A stretch of 64,000 bases of DNA from Vicugna vicugna (lineage: Eukaryota): contig MU057999.1 in NCBI GenBank assembly GCA_013265495.1, positions 868,001 through 932,000 on the forward strand, in the 5' to 3' direction. A model generated the notes under the pieces. That model did no database searches, was not told where the DNA came from, and saw only the letters and a list, made by a program, of their open reading frames with translations. Position numbers and translations under genes: made by a program. Positions within the stretch are counted from its first letter, which is position 1. Every line of letters begins with the position of its first letter. This document shows, piece by piece, positions 13,513 through 25,779 of the stretch.

Positions 13513-14518
13513 CCCTAAAAACGAAGGGGTTTTGGCTTACAGGGCAGAGCTCTGATCTGCCTTTTGGGAAGAGTTTCCATTGAGAAATGGGGGCTGACAG
13601 CAGTCAATAATAGAAGGAAAAGGAGAGAAATAAAAAAAGAAAAAGGTACCCTGTGTCCAGGACACTTTACTGCTGTCTGCCAGAAAACAGTTATGATGAA
13701 TATCAACTCTGTGATCCACATAGTGCCTGACGACCTCCGCGTGTGAGCTGCAGCCACCTGGGAGCTCCTGGGAGCGCACAGCCAAGTCAGGGCGTCTGTC
13801 TCCCTCGCTGGCCAGAGGGATTGTAACCAGGAAGCAGGTCCCTGGGGTCTGAGATGTGCTTTTCTGTTCTGGGTAAGGCCTTTGCCAAAGCTGCGTGAGT
13901 CCCCAACAGAGTCTTAGGGAGGGGGTGGCTGTGTATCTGGGCTCAGGGGCAGAGGGACCTGCAGGAGGGCTGAGCGTTGAGGCCAGAGGAGCTGAAGGGA
14001 AATCACCCAAGAGTAAGTGTCAGCACGGATGCCGGAGGGAAGGCAGAGGAGAGTGGTGGGGAGAAAGGAGAGCAGAAGGGTGAGGGTGGAGAGGCAACCC
14101 AGTAGGCAGGGGAGGGCGGAAGGAGGTTGCCAAGGAAGGCTGGAAGGAAGAATTAGATTTGGCTACTGGATCAGCACAGCCTGGGAAGAGCCAATGATGT
14201 GGACATGCGGGAAGAGGATGTGGGAAGAAGCCACGTCTCGGGGGAAAAGTGATGAGCGGGCAGGTGACTTCACCCCATACAGGTGGCTTGGGGTCATTTG
14301 GGTAGAGACTTAGCATCAGGAGACCTGAGGTCTGTGCCCAGCTCTGCCATGAGCCGCGTCATCCTGGCGGACCTCTTCCCCTCTCTGAGCCTTGGGCTTG
14401 GTCAAGGGGCCCAGGACTCCTAACACTGACATTTACAGTTATAAGTAACTTCATGAACGTAAGGGCCACTGTCCTGTAATACTTCTAACTTACCAATTTT
14501 TCTCTTTTTGGTCTGCAG

Positions 14519-14583
14519 AAACTTTAATGGACACCAGGACAGCTACTGCAGAGTTGGGCTGGACAGCCAATCCCGCATCAGGG
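14519..14583 (+). CDS. EPHB1: EPHB1 coding exon 2 (65 nt, phase 1 to phase 0), (E)TLMDTRTATAELGWTANPASG, start of the ephrin-binding domain
   Basis: Manual translation matches the EphB1 N-terminus. Branch-point CTAAC at 14485-14489, pyrimidine tract, CAG acceptor ending 14518, GTGAGT donor at 14584. Splices in frame to exon 3 (ASG|WEEVSG). Confidence 0.97.
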
Positions 14584-14954
14584 GTGAGTGTCAGATCATC
14601 CATCCTTCAACCTCACTGGGTAGTTGTGGGGCCAAGGACGGCTTTGGGGAGCAAAGCCTGATTTGCCCCTTTGGGTGGTGGAATACAGGTGTGAGTCCAT
14701 CGCCCATCCACAGAGACGACAGCAAGGCTGGTCATCCTGAGCTGCTCCCTGGTGCAGAGATGCAGACAGTCTCTGGATGCAGCCGTCCAGGTGACTAGGG
14801 TATGCCTGTGGAACTGGGGCCAGTGGGCACTCAGGCAGACAAACATCTGAGCTGCCCATGGGACCACAGAGAGGGCAGGGGCTTGAGGAGGGGCTGGAAT
14901 TCAGAAGGGCGGAGGCTCTCTTTCACCTGAAATTGCCTTAAAGCAATGTTCTGG

Positions 14955-15700
14955 ATTCATTAGTTCGCTGGCCAGACCCTGTAGCTATAGAGATGAAACA
15001 GTCTGGAGGAGCTCATGGCCTCCAGTGGGATCCACTATATTCATGAATAAGCTGAAGTACATCTTTGTAGCAGTGGACAGATGACAGGCAGGTGTGGGCA
15101 CAGAGCTGGGAGTGAGCACTTCTGAGGCAGACAAGATGCCTTTACTGGGAAGGTGCGTGTGAGGTGGGTTTTGAAGGGTGAGTAGGAGTTTGACAGGTAG
15201 TGACTAGAGAGTCTGGAAACTCCTCCCAATTGGAGGAATAGCTAGTTGAAAAGGATAGAGTCATGAAAAGATGTAAGAGGCAAGAGTCTATGTGTCTGGA
15301 ACATGGCAGGGTGTGGGCAGCGCTGAGATGGGGCTGGGGTATGGATTGGCCGTGGCGGGTGTGTGGCACTGGAACCGTGCTGCTGAGCTGGCAGTTTGGA
15401 CTTACCCTCTAGGGAATGGATGGGTCCTGGGCAGAAGAATAAAACAGGCAGGCTTGCCGACAGGATTGGAGAGAACAGTTGAGAGAAAGGCATTTAAGAG
15501 GCTCTTGCAGCTGTCTTGGGTGGGTCAGAAGAGGGGAATTAAAACGGGATACTCAAGACAGTTTACGGGAAACCAAGGGGGAGGCATTGGCAGCATTTGG
15601 CAATGGATGGGCCATGGGCGGAGCAGGGGAGGAGTTTAGAATGAGATTCATGTCCCTAGCTTGGGTGCCTGGCTTACAGTTGGGGCTTCATCATGAAGGG
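14955..15700 (-). mobile_element. L2 LINE fragment(s)
   Basis: GGAGCTCATGGCCTCCAGTGGGA...TTTTGAAGGGTGAGTAGGAGTTTGACAGG...GTTTGGACTTACCCTCTAGGGAATGG resemble antisense L2; boundaries approximate. Confidence 0.6.
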
Positions 15701-15862
15701 AGAGGGCGGCAGGAGGGCATGGACTCTTAATCCCAGGAAGGGGTGAGGTTGGCAGGATGGGCTAGGCATGCCTCCTGTCTCCTTCTCTGCCTTTGATAAC
15801 CTCCAGCCCAGGACCCAGTGTGGCTCTGCACCCCTAGGGTGGCACGTCACAGCCAGTCCTAA

Positions 15863-16378
15863 TGTTACTGAGTCCAAACTCATTCTGCTTGCCGTGTGAC
15901 AGGCCAATAAATTGGGATACAAGATGTTGGGGAAAGGAATAATGACTTTATTTGGAAAGCCAGCACAGTGAGAAGATGAGGGACTAATGTCTTAGAGAAC
16001 CATCTTACCCAAGTCAGAATTCAGGCTCCTTTTACACAAAAAGGGGAAGGGGTGTGATTGATTGTTGCAAACTTCTTGGCGTCAGAATCCTTTGTTCTCA
16101 CAACTGTCCACAAAGGTGAGGTCATGATGTTCCTGTAAACTTCAACAAGACACATGTTATTCTCAGTTCTGCAACTTTTTATGTCTATGTGAAGGGAAAA
16201 GTGTTCTACCCTTAAAGGTGAGAGCCTTAAGAATGGGCTGTCCTGTGTATTTCAGGCTCTAGGCGACATTCTTTCACCAAAGGTGCAGAACCAGCATGAC
16301 TAAGCACAGGAAGCAGCACAGGGTTAGAGCTGAAGGAATAGCTCTAATATGGAGTCGGATTTATTCTTCTCTATTACG
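15863..16378 (-). mobile_element. ERV1 solo LTR, MER41-like (artiodactyl type)
   Basis: Minus strand starts (C)GTAATAGAGAAGAATAAATCCGACTCCATATT and ends ...GGACTCAGTAACA. Minus-strand AATAAA at 15947-15952. Sharp AT-rich boundaries against GC-rich flanks. Confidence 0.75.
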
Positions 16379-17584
16379 CTGCCACGCCCCGTTCTGCCTC
16401 AGGGACCCTTGGATTCAGGGCCCAGGGCAGGCTGTGGCCCCACCCCTGCATTCTCCCCTGAGTTCGAACTTTTCGCTGCCCCAGGGGCAGGCATCCCGTC
16501 TTGGGGCAGGATGGCGAGGTCCTGGATGAGCTGTTTCCCAAAGCAGGGATGGGAGCAGGAGCAGATCCTGCCTGCTCTGACAAAATCCAAATCCTGCTAG
16601 GAACAGTGGGCAACTGGGGCACCCCACCCACTCCCACTCGGGACTTTGTGCAAAGGTGATGGGGCAACAACTTTTCAGGTGGCCTGGATATTAAGAACTT
16701 GCCACTCTTAAAAATCACGTGATTGTTTAAAGGCTTGCATGCTTTCTCACAAGGTATTGACATGATGTATGGTTAATTTTCCCTTGATTTTTGTACACAC
16801 CACCTGTCTTCTTTCAACTTCTCATTTCCTTTTCCAGGGAAAATTGTCCTTTAGGGAAACATTCAAAGTCAAACAATGCCCTTTAGAGACAGTTGCTTGG
16901 CGGCCTGTCCCCAAAGCTCTTCTTGCAGGGACAGAGAGCCGGGTAGTTTCCTGGTGCCCTGAGCAGTTTCTGAGCCTGTCTGCTTCACGGCAGGAGGGTC
17001 ACGCTGGCCCTTGGCCTGGGCGAGAGGGCCGATCAAGGACTTCGCTTTCATCCAAGCCCTCTCCCCATCTCCCTCTGTTCTTATCCCAGACAGTTGCCTC
17101 TGATTCTGTGAACACACAGGTGACTCCAAGTTTGTCCCTAGCCCAGATCACATATCCACCTGCCACGTCTTTCACTGGCTACTCAACGTGGCCTGAGCAG
17201 AATTCACCCTTCTCTCCTTCCCCCACCTGCATACGTGGGCTCCAACTTAGCACATCGTGAAGGCCAGAAACCAGAGCAGTTCTTGACTTCTCCTCTCTCG
17301 TCTTCGGGCCTCAGCTCACTCGGCCCATCCTCGGGCTGCCTTCCTCGTGTCCCCAGCCATGCTGGCCTCGCCATCACAGGTCATCTCAGGACCAGGGAGC
17401 TTTTCTCCATGGTTCTCTTCACAGCTGCCGATTTCACATCTCTGTGTATCAGTACTGGACCCATCACCACCCTTCCCCCACTTTGACTATACTGTGACCT
17501 CTGTGGTGGCCAGGACTCTGTATTTTGTTCACCATCGGAAACTCACATCAAGTTCATTACCTAACTCAGTGTGTATTTGTTGCA

Positions 17585-18130
17585 AGTTCCTGACTTGAGC
17601 AAGTGGATGGCAAATGGTGTCATTCCTGGAGACGGGGGACACCGGAGGAGAAGCACGCTTGGGCTGAAAGAGGCTGAGTTCAGTAGTGACCTGTTGAGTA
17701 TGAGGTGCTTCTGGGGCACTCTGGGCAGGGGCGCCGTCAGCTTTTGACTCAAGGGCAGTGGAACCAGAAGGCAGCACCGAGTGATGGGAGGCGAGCCCGA
17801 GGTGTGTCTGCGGTCTCCCAGGAAGAGTGTTTGGAGGGAGAAGAGGTGAGAGCTTTGGATAGGTAACTTGATCGGAGTGTCAGGGAAAGAGGAGCCAGAA
17901 AGGGAGATGAGAAGTGGCCTGGGAGGCAGAGAAAACCAAGAGGCAGTCTTCTCACAGGAGCCAAGGGAGAGTGGGTGAAGGAGGAAGCGGGGGCAACAGT
18001 GACAAGTGCTGTTGGCGCTGGCTGTTTCCACTGCGCTTGGTTACAAGGACCCTGTCAGTGACCCGTGTGGATGCTTTCAGAGGGACCAGAAAGCAGGGCT
18101 TTGAAGGGTCAGCGGGAGGTGAGGAGCTTC
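17585..18130 (-). mobile_element. L2 LINE fragment
   Basis: GACTTGAGCAAGTGGATGGCAAATGGTGTCATTC...GAGTTCAGTAGTGACCTGTTGAGTATGAGGTGC are typical L2 motifs. Confidence 0.6.
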
Positions 18131-20604
18131 TAAAGGGCGGGAAGACAGCAGGGGAGATGGAGGGAACAGCAGACTGGGGACACCTGTGCCCTTCAGGGGC
18201 TGGGATTTTTCTTCTATTGAAATGGCAGAACAGAGATCAGATGGCCTCAGAGAGATGCAGGGTTGGTGACAGAAGCCCTAAAATAGAAAAGTCTTCCAGC
18301 TTCCTGACTTCCTGCCTTCTCTCTGAGGTTGGACGCAAGTCTCAGAGAGTCAGGGTGGGGAGTTCTGGGTAGTGGGTTTGAGGCTGGTGGAAAGGGTTTG
18401 AAGACTCTCTCGCTGCTGGGGAGTTGGAGAGAGGCGGGCAGGACGTGTTTGGAAGGAACGTGGCTGGGGTAAGGGCCTAGCTGGGGTTGTAGGCTGTGAC
18501 CCGTGACGGCCCTGACCTGCCAGCCTCTTTCAGGTGTGCCTGGTCGGGGTGTGGCCGCTGAGTCATCCTGAGTTATGGTTGTGCCAGAATCGCGGACTGG
18601 GAGGGTAAGGAGCTGAGGGCTTTGGCAAGAGGAGGTTGGCATCTGGCAGCGTGGCATCTGCCGACCGGAAGAGTGAAGCCAGGGAGGACCAAGCATGGTG
18701 ACAAAGTCCGGGGGCCCAGGTGGAGGTCTCAGCGAGACTGGAGGAGGACCAGAGGCCATGGCCTCGCTTCGGGGCTTGGATTTAAGACACACACAGCACT
18801 TCTGGGTGATGGAGGAGTCTGGGGAATGAGGCCAGAGTTGGGCATCTGAGAAGTCAGGAGGCTGGGTGGGTGGTCCACATTTTCCTGGGATCCAGGGTGG
18901 GAGGAGATGGGGATGCCCACCCCAGAAAGGGGGCAAAGGCAGTTCCTGCAGTCAGGGTACCATGTATGCTTAAGACGGAGAAGGATGGGCGGGTGTTGTT
19001 CTGATAGCCTGTGGGTCTCTTAGGAACTGGCTTGACCTCACCCAGAAGAGGCACCATGATTCTGCCAGGGGCCCAGCTGGCATTGCAGTGAACCCTATCC
19101 ACAGCGCATGCCCACAGTGAGGCGGGCTCCCCAGGGAGAGGCCGGGAGACTTCCTTTTATGGGGTCACCGGGTTTCTTTACCACTGTACTTGAGGACTGC
19201 CCACCCACACGTAGCCCGCAAATTGTTTTCAGTTCTATGGCTCGAAAGTGGATCATAATATTACATGTCAAAAACAAAGTATTTATACTCCAGTGGCAAA
19301 GTGTTGCTTATAATCTAATTGCGGCTTTAATTTAAAGCCTTTAGGTTTAACCTGAATCAGAGGCCACCTGGTGAGCAGAGGGAGAAAGTAATAAATGCCA
19401 GGGAGGGGCTGAGTGCCCACCAGAGAGCATCCTGGAACCCTTGTCCATGACCCTGCTGACCCCTTGCTCCTCCCTTCAGTTACTTCTCTCAAGCCCTTGC
19501 TTCCAGCTTTGCTCCAAAAGGGTCCTGGCCTTCACATGACAGGAGCTCTGGGCAGTGGGGTTGCTCAGAGAGGTCCCAAGGTCAACACTGAGGCGGGTGG
19601 TGCCCAGCCACGGGCAGCGCTCGGGAAGCGCTAGTCTTCGTGGCTGCACAGTCCCCTCTCAGCAGGCTGCCCAGTTTCTGGATGCTGCCTGGCCCTCACC
19701 ACCCTTTCCCTTTTCCCCTACCCTTTCTCCCTGCACCACTCTGTCCCTCAGGTGTCAGCTCTGTTCTTCTTCCCCAGGGAGCCCTCCTGGATGCCCACCC
19801 CCACCAGGACTTTGTGGTCGGGCCCCCTCCCAAAGCAGAGGGCTTGGTGACAATTTCGAACCTACCATCCATCACTTTGTGAGCTGAATCTGTGTCAATG
19901 TGTGGTTTCTCTCTGAATGGAGAATGAAGTGGCTTCATCTCTGTCCCCGGTGCTCAGCACTGGTCCAGCAGGGGCCAAGCTCCAGTAAACGTTTCTTGGC
20001 TAAATCAGTGAGCTACTTCCCTGCATCTTCAACGCAGGGTTCTGAACTTAGGAGATGCTCAGTTTAGTTTTATGGTAGCTCAGCAGACTGTTTGTCATAG
20101 CCTCTCAAAACCCAATTGATTTTCAGTATCTTTTTAAAGAGCTTAATTAGTGATGCAATTGAAACCACCTCTCCTGAGATGAGTATGAGGGAGGAGACCA
20201 GGACACCCCTGAGAAAGTCCCAGTTTGCTTTCAGGCAAGCCTGAGTCCCTCCGAGAATGAGGCTTATTTGACTTTCTTGTTGGAACCCCAGGCAAGTTCT
20301 TTCACTCTCCCAGAGTTTTGCCAGGGCCCACGGGCTGTTTGCACCTGGGCCGCTAATGGCCTCTGTGTCTGTGGGACACGTGACCTACCTGTAACATCTA
20401 CCTGAGTTGTCTCCAAAGGGCGTTCCATGGCCTTCCAGATTCCAGCTCCGTCTGTACTGCCCTTTGGAACCCCCTTGACGGCCTGTGACGTACTCTGTTT
20501 ACTACTTTAATATTGGCAAATCTGCATCATGGGACATGGGGGTTGATAAAGGAAAGATGGAAAAGGAGTCTGGAGCCAAGACTGATGAGCCTTCAGGATG
20601 AGCT

Positions 20605-20775
20605 GCGTGTGTGTGAGCATGTGTGTGTGTATGTGTCTCTGTGTGTCTGTGTATATATGTGTGATAGTGTGTGCATTTCTGTATATGTGTACATATGTGT
20701 ATATGTGTGTATATGTGTATTGTATCTATATATAGATGCGTTTGTGATGTGTATGTGCATATATGTGTGTATATG
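20605..20775. repeat. Degenerate (TG/TA)n low-complexity repeat
   Basis: Directly visible. Confidence 0.9.
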
Positions 20776-21677
20776 AAGTTAAATAAGCTGATTTCACCTC
20801 ATGCTTCTGTAGGCAGGCAGTTCTCAGAGTTCTGGAAATATCTTAAACGATGGGAGGATTATTGGACTAAGGGGAGAGCTTCCGAGGAGGCCAGCATGAA
20901 GGGAACAACACTCATGTGGGTGCCTGTGTCTGATAAATGAACTCCCCACACGAGGTGCAGGCCCCTGCGAGTGGCACCCTGGGGCCTTACCGCACAGCCA
21001 CTCCTTGTCCACATGGGGACCCTCCCGGCCGCCTCCCCTCTCCCTGTCTGCCAGCTCCAGCTGCCCACATCGTGGGAATTAGGACAATGCGCTCAGGAGA
21101 GAAATCTACTTTAGTAACACCCCGTTCATTCCAAGGCCAGGCAAAATCAATTGAAATTTATCTGGTCTGATGGATGAGAGGTTTATGGAGTCCCAGTGAA
21201 GGTTTCAGGCCTTGGCATCCAAGAAGCTGGCTCCTGTTCCTGCTCTGCAGCTCCCTGGCTCTGTGGTCTCAGGCCCATCGTGCAGGCTACTTTGGTCCCT
21301 GTTTTCCTCCTCTGCTCAGTGGGGTAAGGATGCACACTTGCTCCACATATGAAACAGTGTTGGTAAAACGTTTTCCTGGGTTAGCTCTTAGGAAGTCTTA
21401 GCGTGGTACTAACCCTCTGAAGGCCTAGATTTTCTCTTTTCTTCCTCTGATGACTCAATCATGCTAATTAAGACAGAAAAGCCTGAGCTAAATTAGGCAA
21501 ATCCAAGAGACATTTAGCTCTGGGCAAGATGATTTTGTGAATGGAGTTGTACGGGGTTTGAATTTCTGGCCATGCCAGGGGCAGGCAGGCAGAGGGGGAT
21601 GGCTTCGTCATCCTTTCTCAGACTGGTGGGGACTTGGGGGCCTTTGACCTGGTGACATTGCTGGGAGCCATGCTTTT

Positions 21678-22225
21678 ATATCAGTCAGGGCTTCCTGGTG
21701 GCTCGTGACAGAAAAGCACAAGTGAATCTTAAAGGAGATATCTGGGCTTCTGTCACGGAATGATCCAGGGGCAGATGTGGCTTCATGTAGTTCCAGATCC
21801 TTAGGATCAATCTCTCTCTCTTCCCATTCCTTTTCTCCTCTCTCTACTCCCCTTACGTTGGCTCCATTTTGAGTCTCCTCTTGGTCGTAAGAAGGCTGCC
21901 ACAGCTCCAGCCCCTACAACCGCATCCTTCCACACCCCCTAGGTACGAGCAAGCACCTCCTCCTGGTCCCCCCAGCAGAAGCCCTGGAATTAGCTCTGAC
22001 TGGGCTTGACTGGCTCAACTTGACTCCCACCTTGCCCAGGTTCAGTCCCTGAATCCAGGACATGCAAAGTGCTGCATGCTCGGTGCTCCCAGGTCCTATG
22101 CTCCACTCTTGTGTTGTGCTGAGCCTACCAGAAACCTTGGACTGAAAACCTGAAGGGAGTCATCCCCCAGAAGGAAGCGGGATATCGGTACCAGAAAGCT
22201 GAATAGGTGCTGGGCAGGGAGCACA
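21678..22225 (-). mobile_element. Probable old MaLR LTR (MLT1J/K-like)
   Basis: TATATCAGTCAGGGCTTCCTGGTGGCTCGTGACAGAAA start; internal AGCTCTGACTGGGCTTGACTGGCTCAACTTG...TCAGTCCCTGAATCC motifs. Confidence 0.55.
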
Positions 22226-22244
22226 GCCAGGCACTCATCAGTCC

Positions 22245-22335
22245 TTACAACAGCCCCATTTTACTGGTGAGGAAACGGAGGCACAGAACCACAGTTAAGT
22301 TGCCTCTGGGCACATAGCTAGACAGTGCGGGTGCT
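22245..22335 (-). mobile_element. MIR SINE fragment
   Basis: CCCCATTTTACTGGTGAGGAAACGGAGGCACAG core. Confidence 0.75.
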
Positions 22336-25300
22336 CACATCTACCCTCCTGTAGCGCGCTCTCCTGCCCGCCACGCTGCATCCTCTTTCCCAGTGAGATG
22401 CTGGCCTGCGCGCTGCCGCTGGTGTCTCTAGAGGGTGACATCTGAAGGAACTCCCAGCTTGAGTTGGTGAATTCGGGCTCAGAATCCAAAAGGTTTTTTC
22501 TCGCAGTTCGGGATGCGGGTGGCATCCTTTCCCTGAGCTGTTACCCAGGAATTAGGACTGCTCTCTCCCCGGGAGGGGCCTTGCCTCCCAGCAGGCGGGC
22601 CTCTGGCCGCCCTCCTCCCTCTCCCCTCCCTTCCCCTCCCCTGCCCTCTCCAGGTAAACCCCTGAGATAAGTCAGAGCTCCCACCCTGGGCCTCCCACCC
22701 ACTCTTTATCTTTTTCTCTCGCTACCAAAAGGCCTGTAATTAGGAAACATTAGCAGGCTCAAAACAGCTTTCATACCTGAAACATCCTCTGTAATTGCAC
22801 TCAGCAGTGCTCTTCCCCGGCTATTAATGTCACTTTTATGAAGCAATGAGGAACAAAACACCCCGAAGCACTTAAAACATTTTTTTTTAATATAATACGC
22901 GTCTTTTAGGAATGGAAGTTTAAAATCATGTGCTTGACAGAGACAGTGATAGACAAAGGTCTGGGGGCTCAGGACAGGGCCATGGCGGCGGGGCCCTGGG
23001 GAGATGGAAGGCGGTCCATGGGGTTCGTGTGTTGCTCTGGGAAGAATGACAGCCTTGCGGGGCAGGTGGGGGCATTGGCTGAGGCTGGTGGGTCCCGGGG
23101 GAGGACAGGTGGGCTGGACTAGGGCACTGTTCGGCCTGGCTTCACATTTGTGGTTGCTCCTGTGTCACGGGGCTGTTGTGTGAGCTCTTTTGTGGGATGT
23201 GTGTGCCTTTGACGGAGAGATGTCTGGAATGTGACAGATGACCACTGTCACTTGGCTTCCTATTAATTGTCACACTGAGTAGACTGTCAATGACTACACG
23301 GGTTGCAGAAATATACCAGGTGTGACTGTGTGTGTGCTGGTGGGGGAGGGCTGTGGGTGGAGGGAGACAGAGAGTGACTGAGGCAGAGAAGACCCCCTGG
23401 CTCGCCATGTTAAAGAACTTTGGGAGTCGTGGTGGCTCACCAGAACCTTCTGTCTGGCAGATTTATTTTCTTGCTCTTGGAAATGGCTCACAGACTCATT
23501 CATCAGCAGAGCAGGAGATATTTCTGTCTGCAGAATCTGGGAGGGAACCCTACAGGTCACCCAGCCCCCCTTCTTCCTCTCAGAGGCAGGCTTAACCCTC
23601 GTCTGGCCGGACAGACAGGTGTCTTTTCTCTAAAATCTTCCCAAGGAAGGTGGTCCCTCTGAGCCTGGAAACCATTCTCCTGCTGGGAGGTGAGTCTGGA
23701 GGATCAGCTGCCTCATGACAGCTCTTCTCAGGCTGAAGTGGCCCTTGGGGCCCTGGAAGGAAACGGGCGCCCGACACAGGCAGTGGGAGGGAGCTGAGGG
23801 GGTCCACAGGGGATCGTTGTCCTGACAGCCTGAACTCCCAGCTCCTCACTGGTCTCCTTGGTGAAAGAAAGAAGTGCATTATTGGGGAGGATGGAGCATT
23901 TGAAGGGAAGTGAGGCAGAGTTAAGAGGCCTGGAGAAGATGGAGAGGAGGAGAACGGATGGAGACAGGATGGGTCAGGGTGGGCAGAAAACAGATGGGGA
24001 CTCTCACCTGGTTCAGGAAGGGCTAGTCTGGCTTCAGTGGGAACAGGGCGGCGCTGGGATGTACCTTCGGCCTTACCTCCAGGTACAGCTCAAACTGTTA
24101 GAACCGTGCAGCCTCCATCCCAAGGTACTTCCGGTAGCATCAAGGGGCAAGCCCAGGTTTGGAATCTAATGTGCTGGGTCTATTTCCATTTTCCCCTACG
24201 TTCTTTAGCTTCTCTGAGCCCATCTTCTGCCTCTTTCACGAGGGTAATGGAAGATCGTATTTACACAGTGGTTAGCGGCATACACTGTTTACCTTCTTTG
24301 TAAGCTCTAGAGCTCGGTCCACACCATTTGCCCTGTGACTAGTCCTCGTGGTTCCAGTGACTCTTGTTTGCGGGACTGACCTTGGGTGCGATGAGAAGGG
24401 AACTGAGGAGGGGGACCCTGAGATGCGAGGTCAGCTTTCCAGCCTCTCTGTTAGGCTGGGGCTCGTGCGTGAATGCCGTCAGAGGTGCTGTTACTGACAG
24501 CGCGATTGTTAGTAACAGTGATCACTGCTGCTGCCCCTCGTTGCTGTTAAGTCGGTGCCAGCGGGGCACCGGGCACTGAACATCACTTGTATCACCTCGC
24601 CGAGTTCTCACCAGGACCCCGCAAGCCGCATGGTATTTCTCCCATCTTACAGCGCATCTTACTGGTCCCAGGGCAGTGTGACCACAGAGCTCGCTCTTGT
24701 ACTTCTGTCCCTGGACGAGTGTGAGGGAGGGATCCCAGAGTCACAGATTATTGAGAAACTGGAGAACAGGGGCAAAAAGAGACAAGGGTTTCCCAGTTTT
24801 CTACAGAAGGAAAGGGTCGGTTTGAAAGCCCTGTGCCAGGAATTGCTTTTTAAAGCAAGCTATATGGGGAGGGGTGGGGCAGGCGCTTTGTGGGGTTTGG
24901 AGGCAGAGAGTAGCAGGTCCAGGAGGAGACTTGAGGGGGCGGCCCTGCTCCCAGAGCAGGTGAGGCCTGGCCAGGGACCCAGAGTGGGACACAGGTGGTT
25001 CCTGGGGCGGGCCAGCTCCGGGGTGATGGAGGAGCCTGTGGTCAGTTCCCGCCCCCAAGGCTTGGCAGATGCTCAGGAAATGAGGACTCCGGGGACAGGA
25101 GCGATGTGAGGGGCCTCCGAGAGCTGCTGTTTCCTGTCGGGCAGACTCTGTGTCAGTTCTGCTGAACCAGCCCCTCCTCCGTTTGCAGTCCTCCTCCACT
25201 GATAGGATGGAGGGGTGCCTAGTCATGACAGCCTCATCTCCATGCATCTGTCCCCGCTCTTCCTGGTAGAGGCAGGCACATCCAGCACATTTCCTGGTGT

Positions 25301-25697
25301 CACAAAGGACAACTAGCATGAAAGATGTTGGAGTCCAGATTCAGACTTACCTTGCTGAGTGAGAGCTGTGCCTTCAAACTGACATGGTCAGTGGTAATGG
25401 TCCATGCTTTCGTTTAGGTACAAACAGGTCACTGTGGGCAATAAGTCAGGGGTGACCCAGGTGGGCAGTGCCTCTGGTGGTGGGGACTTGCGTGTGGCTG
25501 GCTGCATGTTCACGAGGACTGATCACATGATGCAGGTGCAGAAAAGGCTGGACTGAGTTGGTGGTATTTGGAGCAATCCAGGTGCAAGTCACGGGGGATG
25601 GTGACCCCACTGTGTGCTGTGCTGGCCTGAGCACATCTGCTACAATGGGCTTATTCTGGGAGCTAAGTTTTTAAAGGAACAATGGAAAACCTGGAGT

Positions 25698-25779
25698 GTG
25701 CCTAGTGGGAGGTGGTACCTGGTAGGGGTGATGCCTAGTTGGGGGTGGTGCCCAGTAGGGGGGATGCCTGGTCGGGATG
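25698..25779. repeat. Degenerate G-rich minisatellite, 5 copies of a 16-17-nt unit (RTGCCTRGTNGGGRTG-like)
   Basis: Units at 25698, 25715, 25731, 25748 and 25764 read directly. Confidence 0.85.

Noticed and set aside
14508..14798. 96-aa ORF overlapping exon 2
   Set aside because: Wrong frame; the true exon is in another frame and bounded by splice sites.
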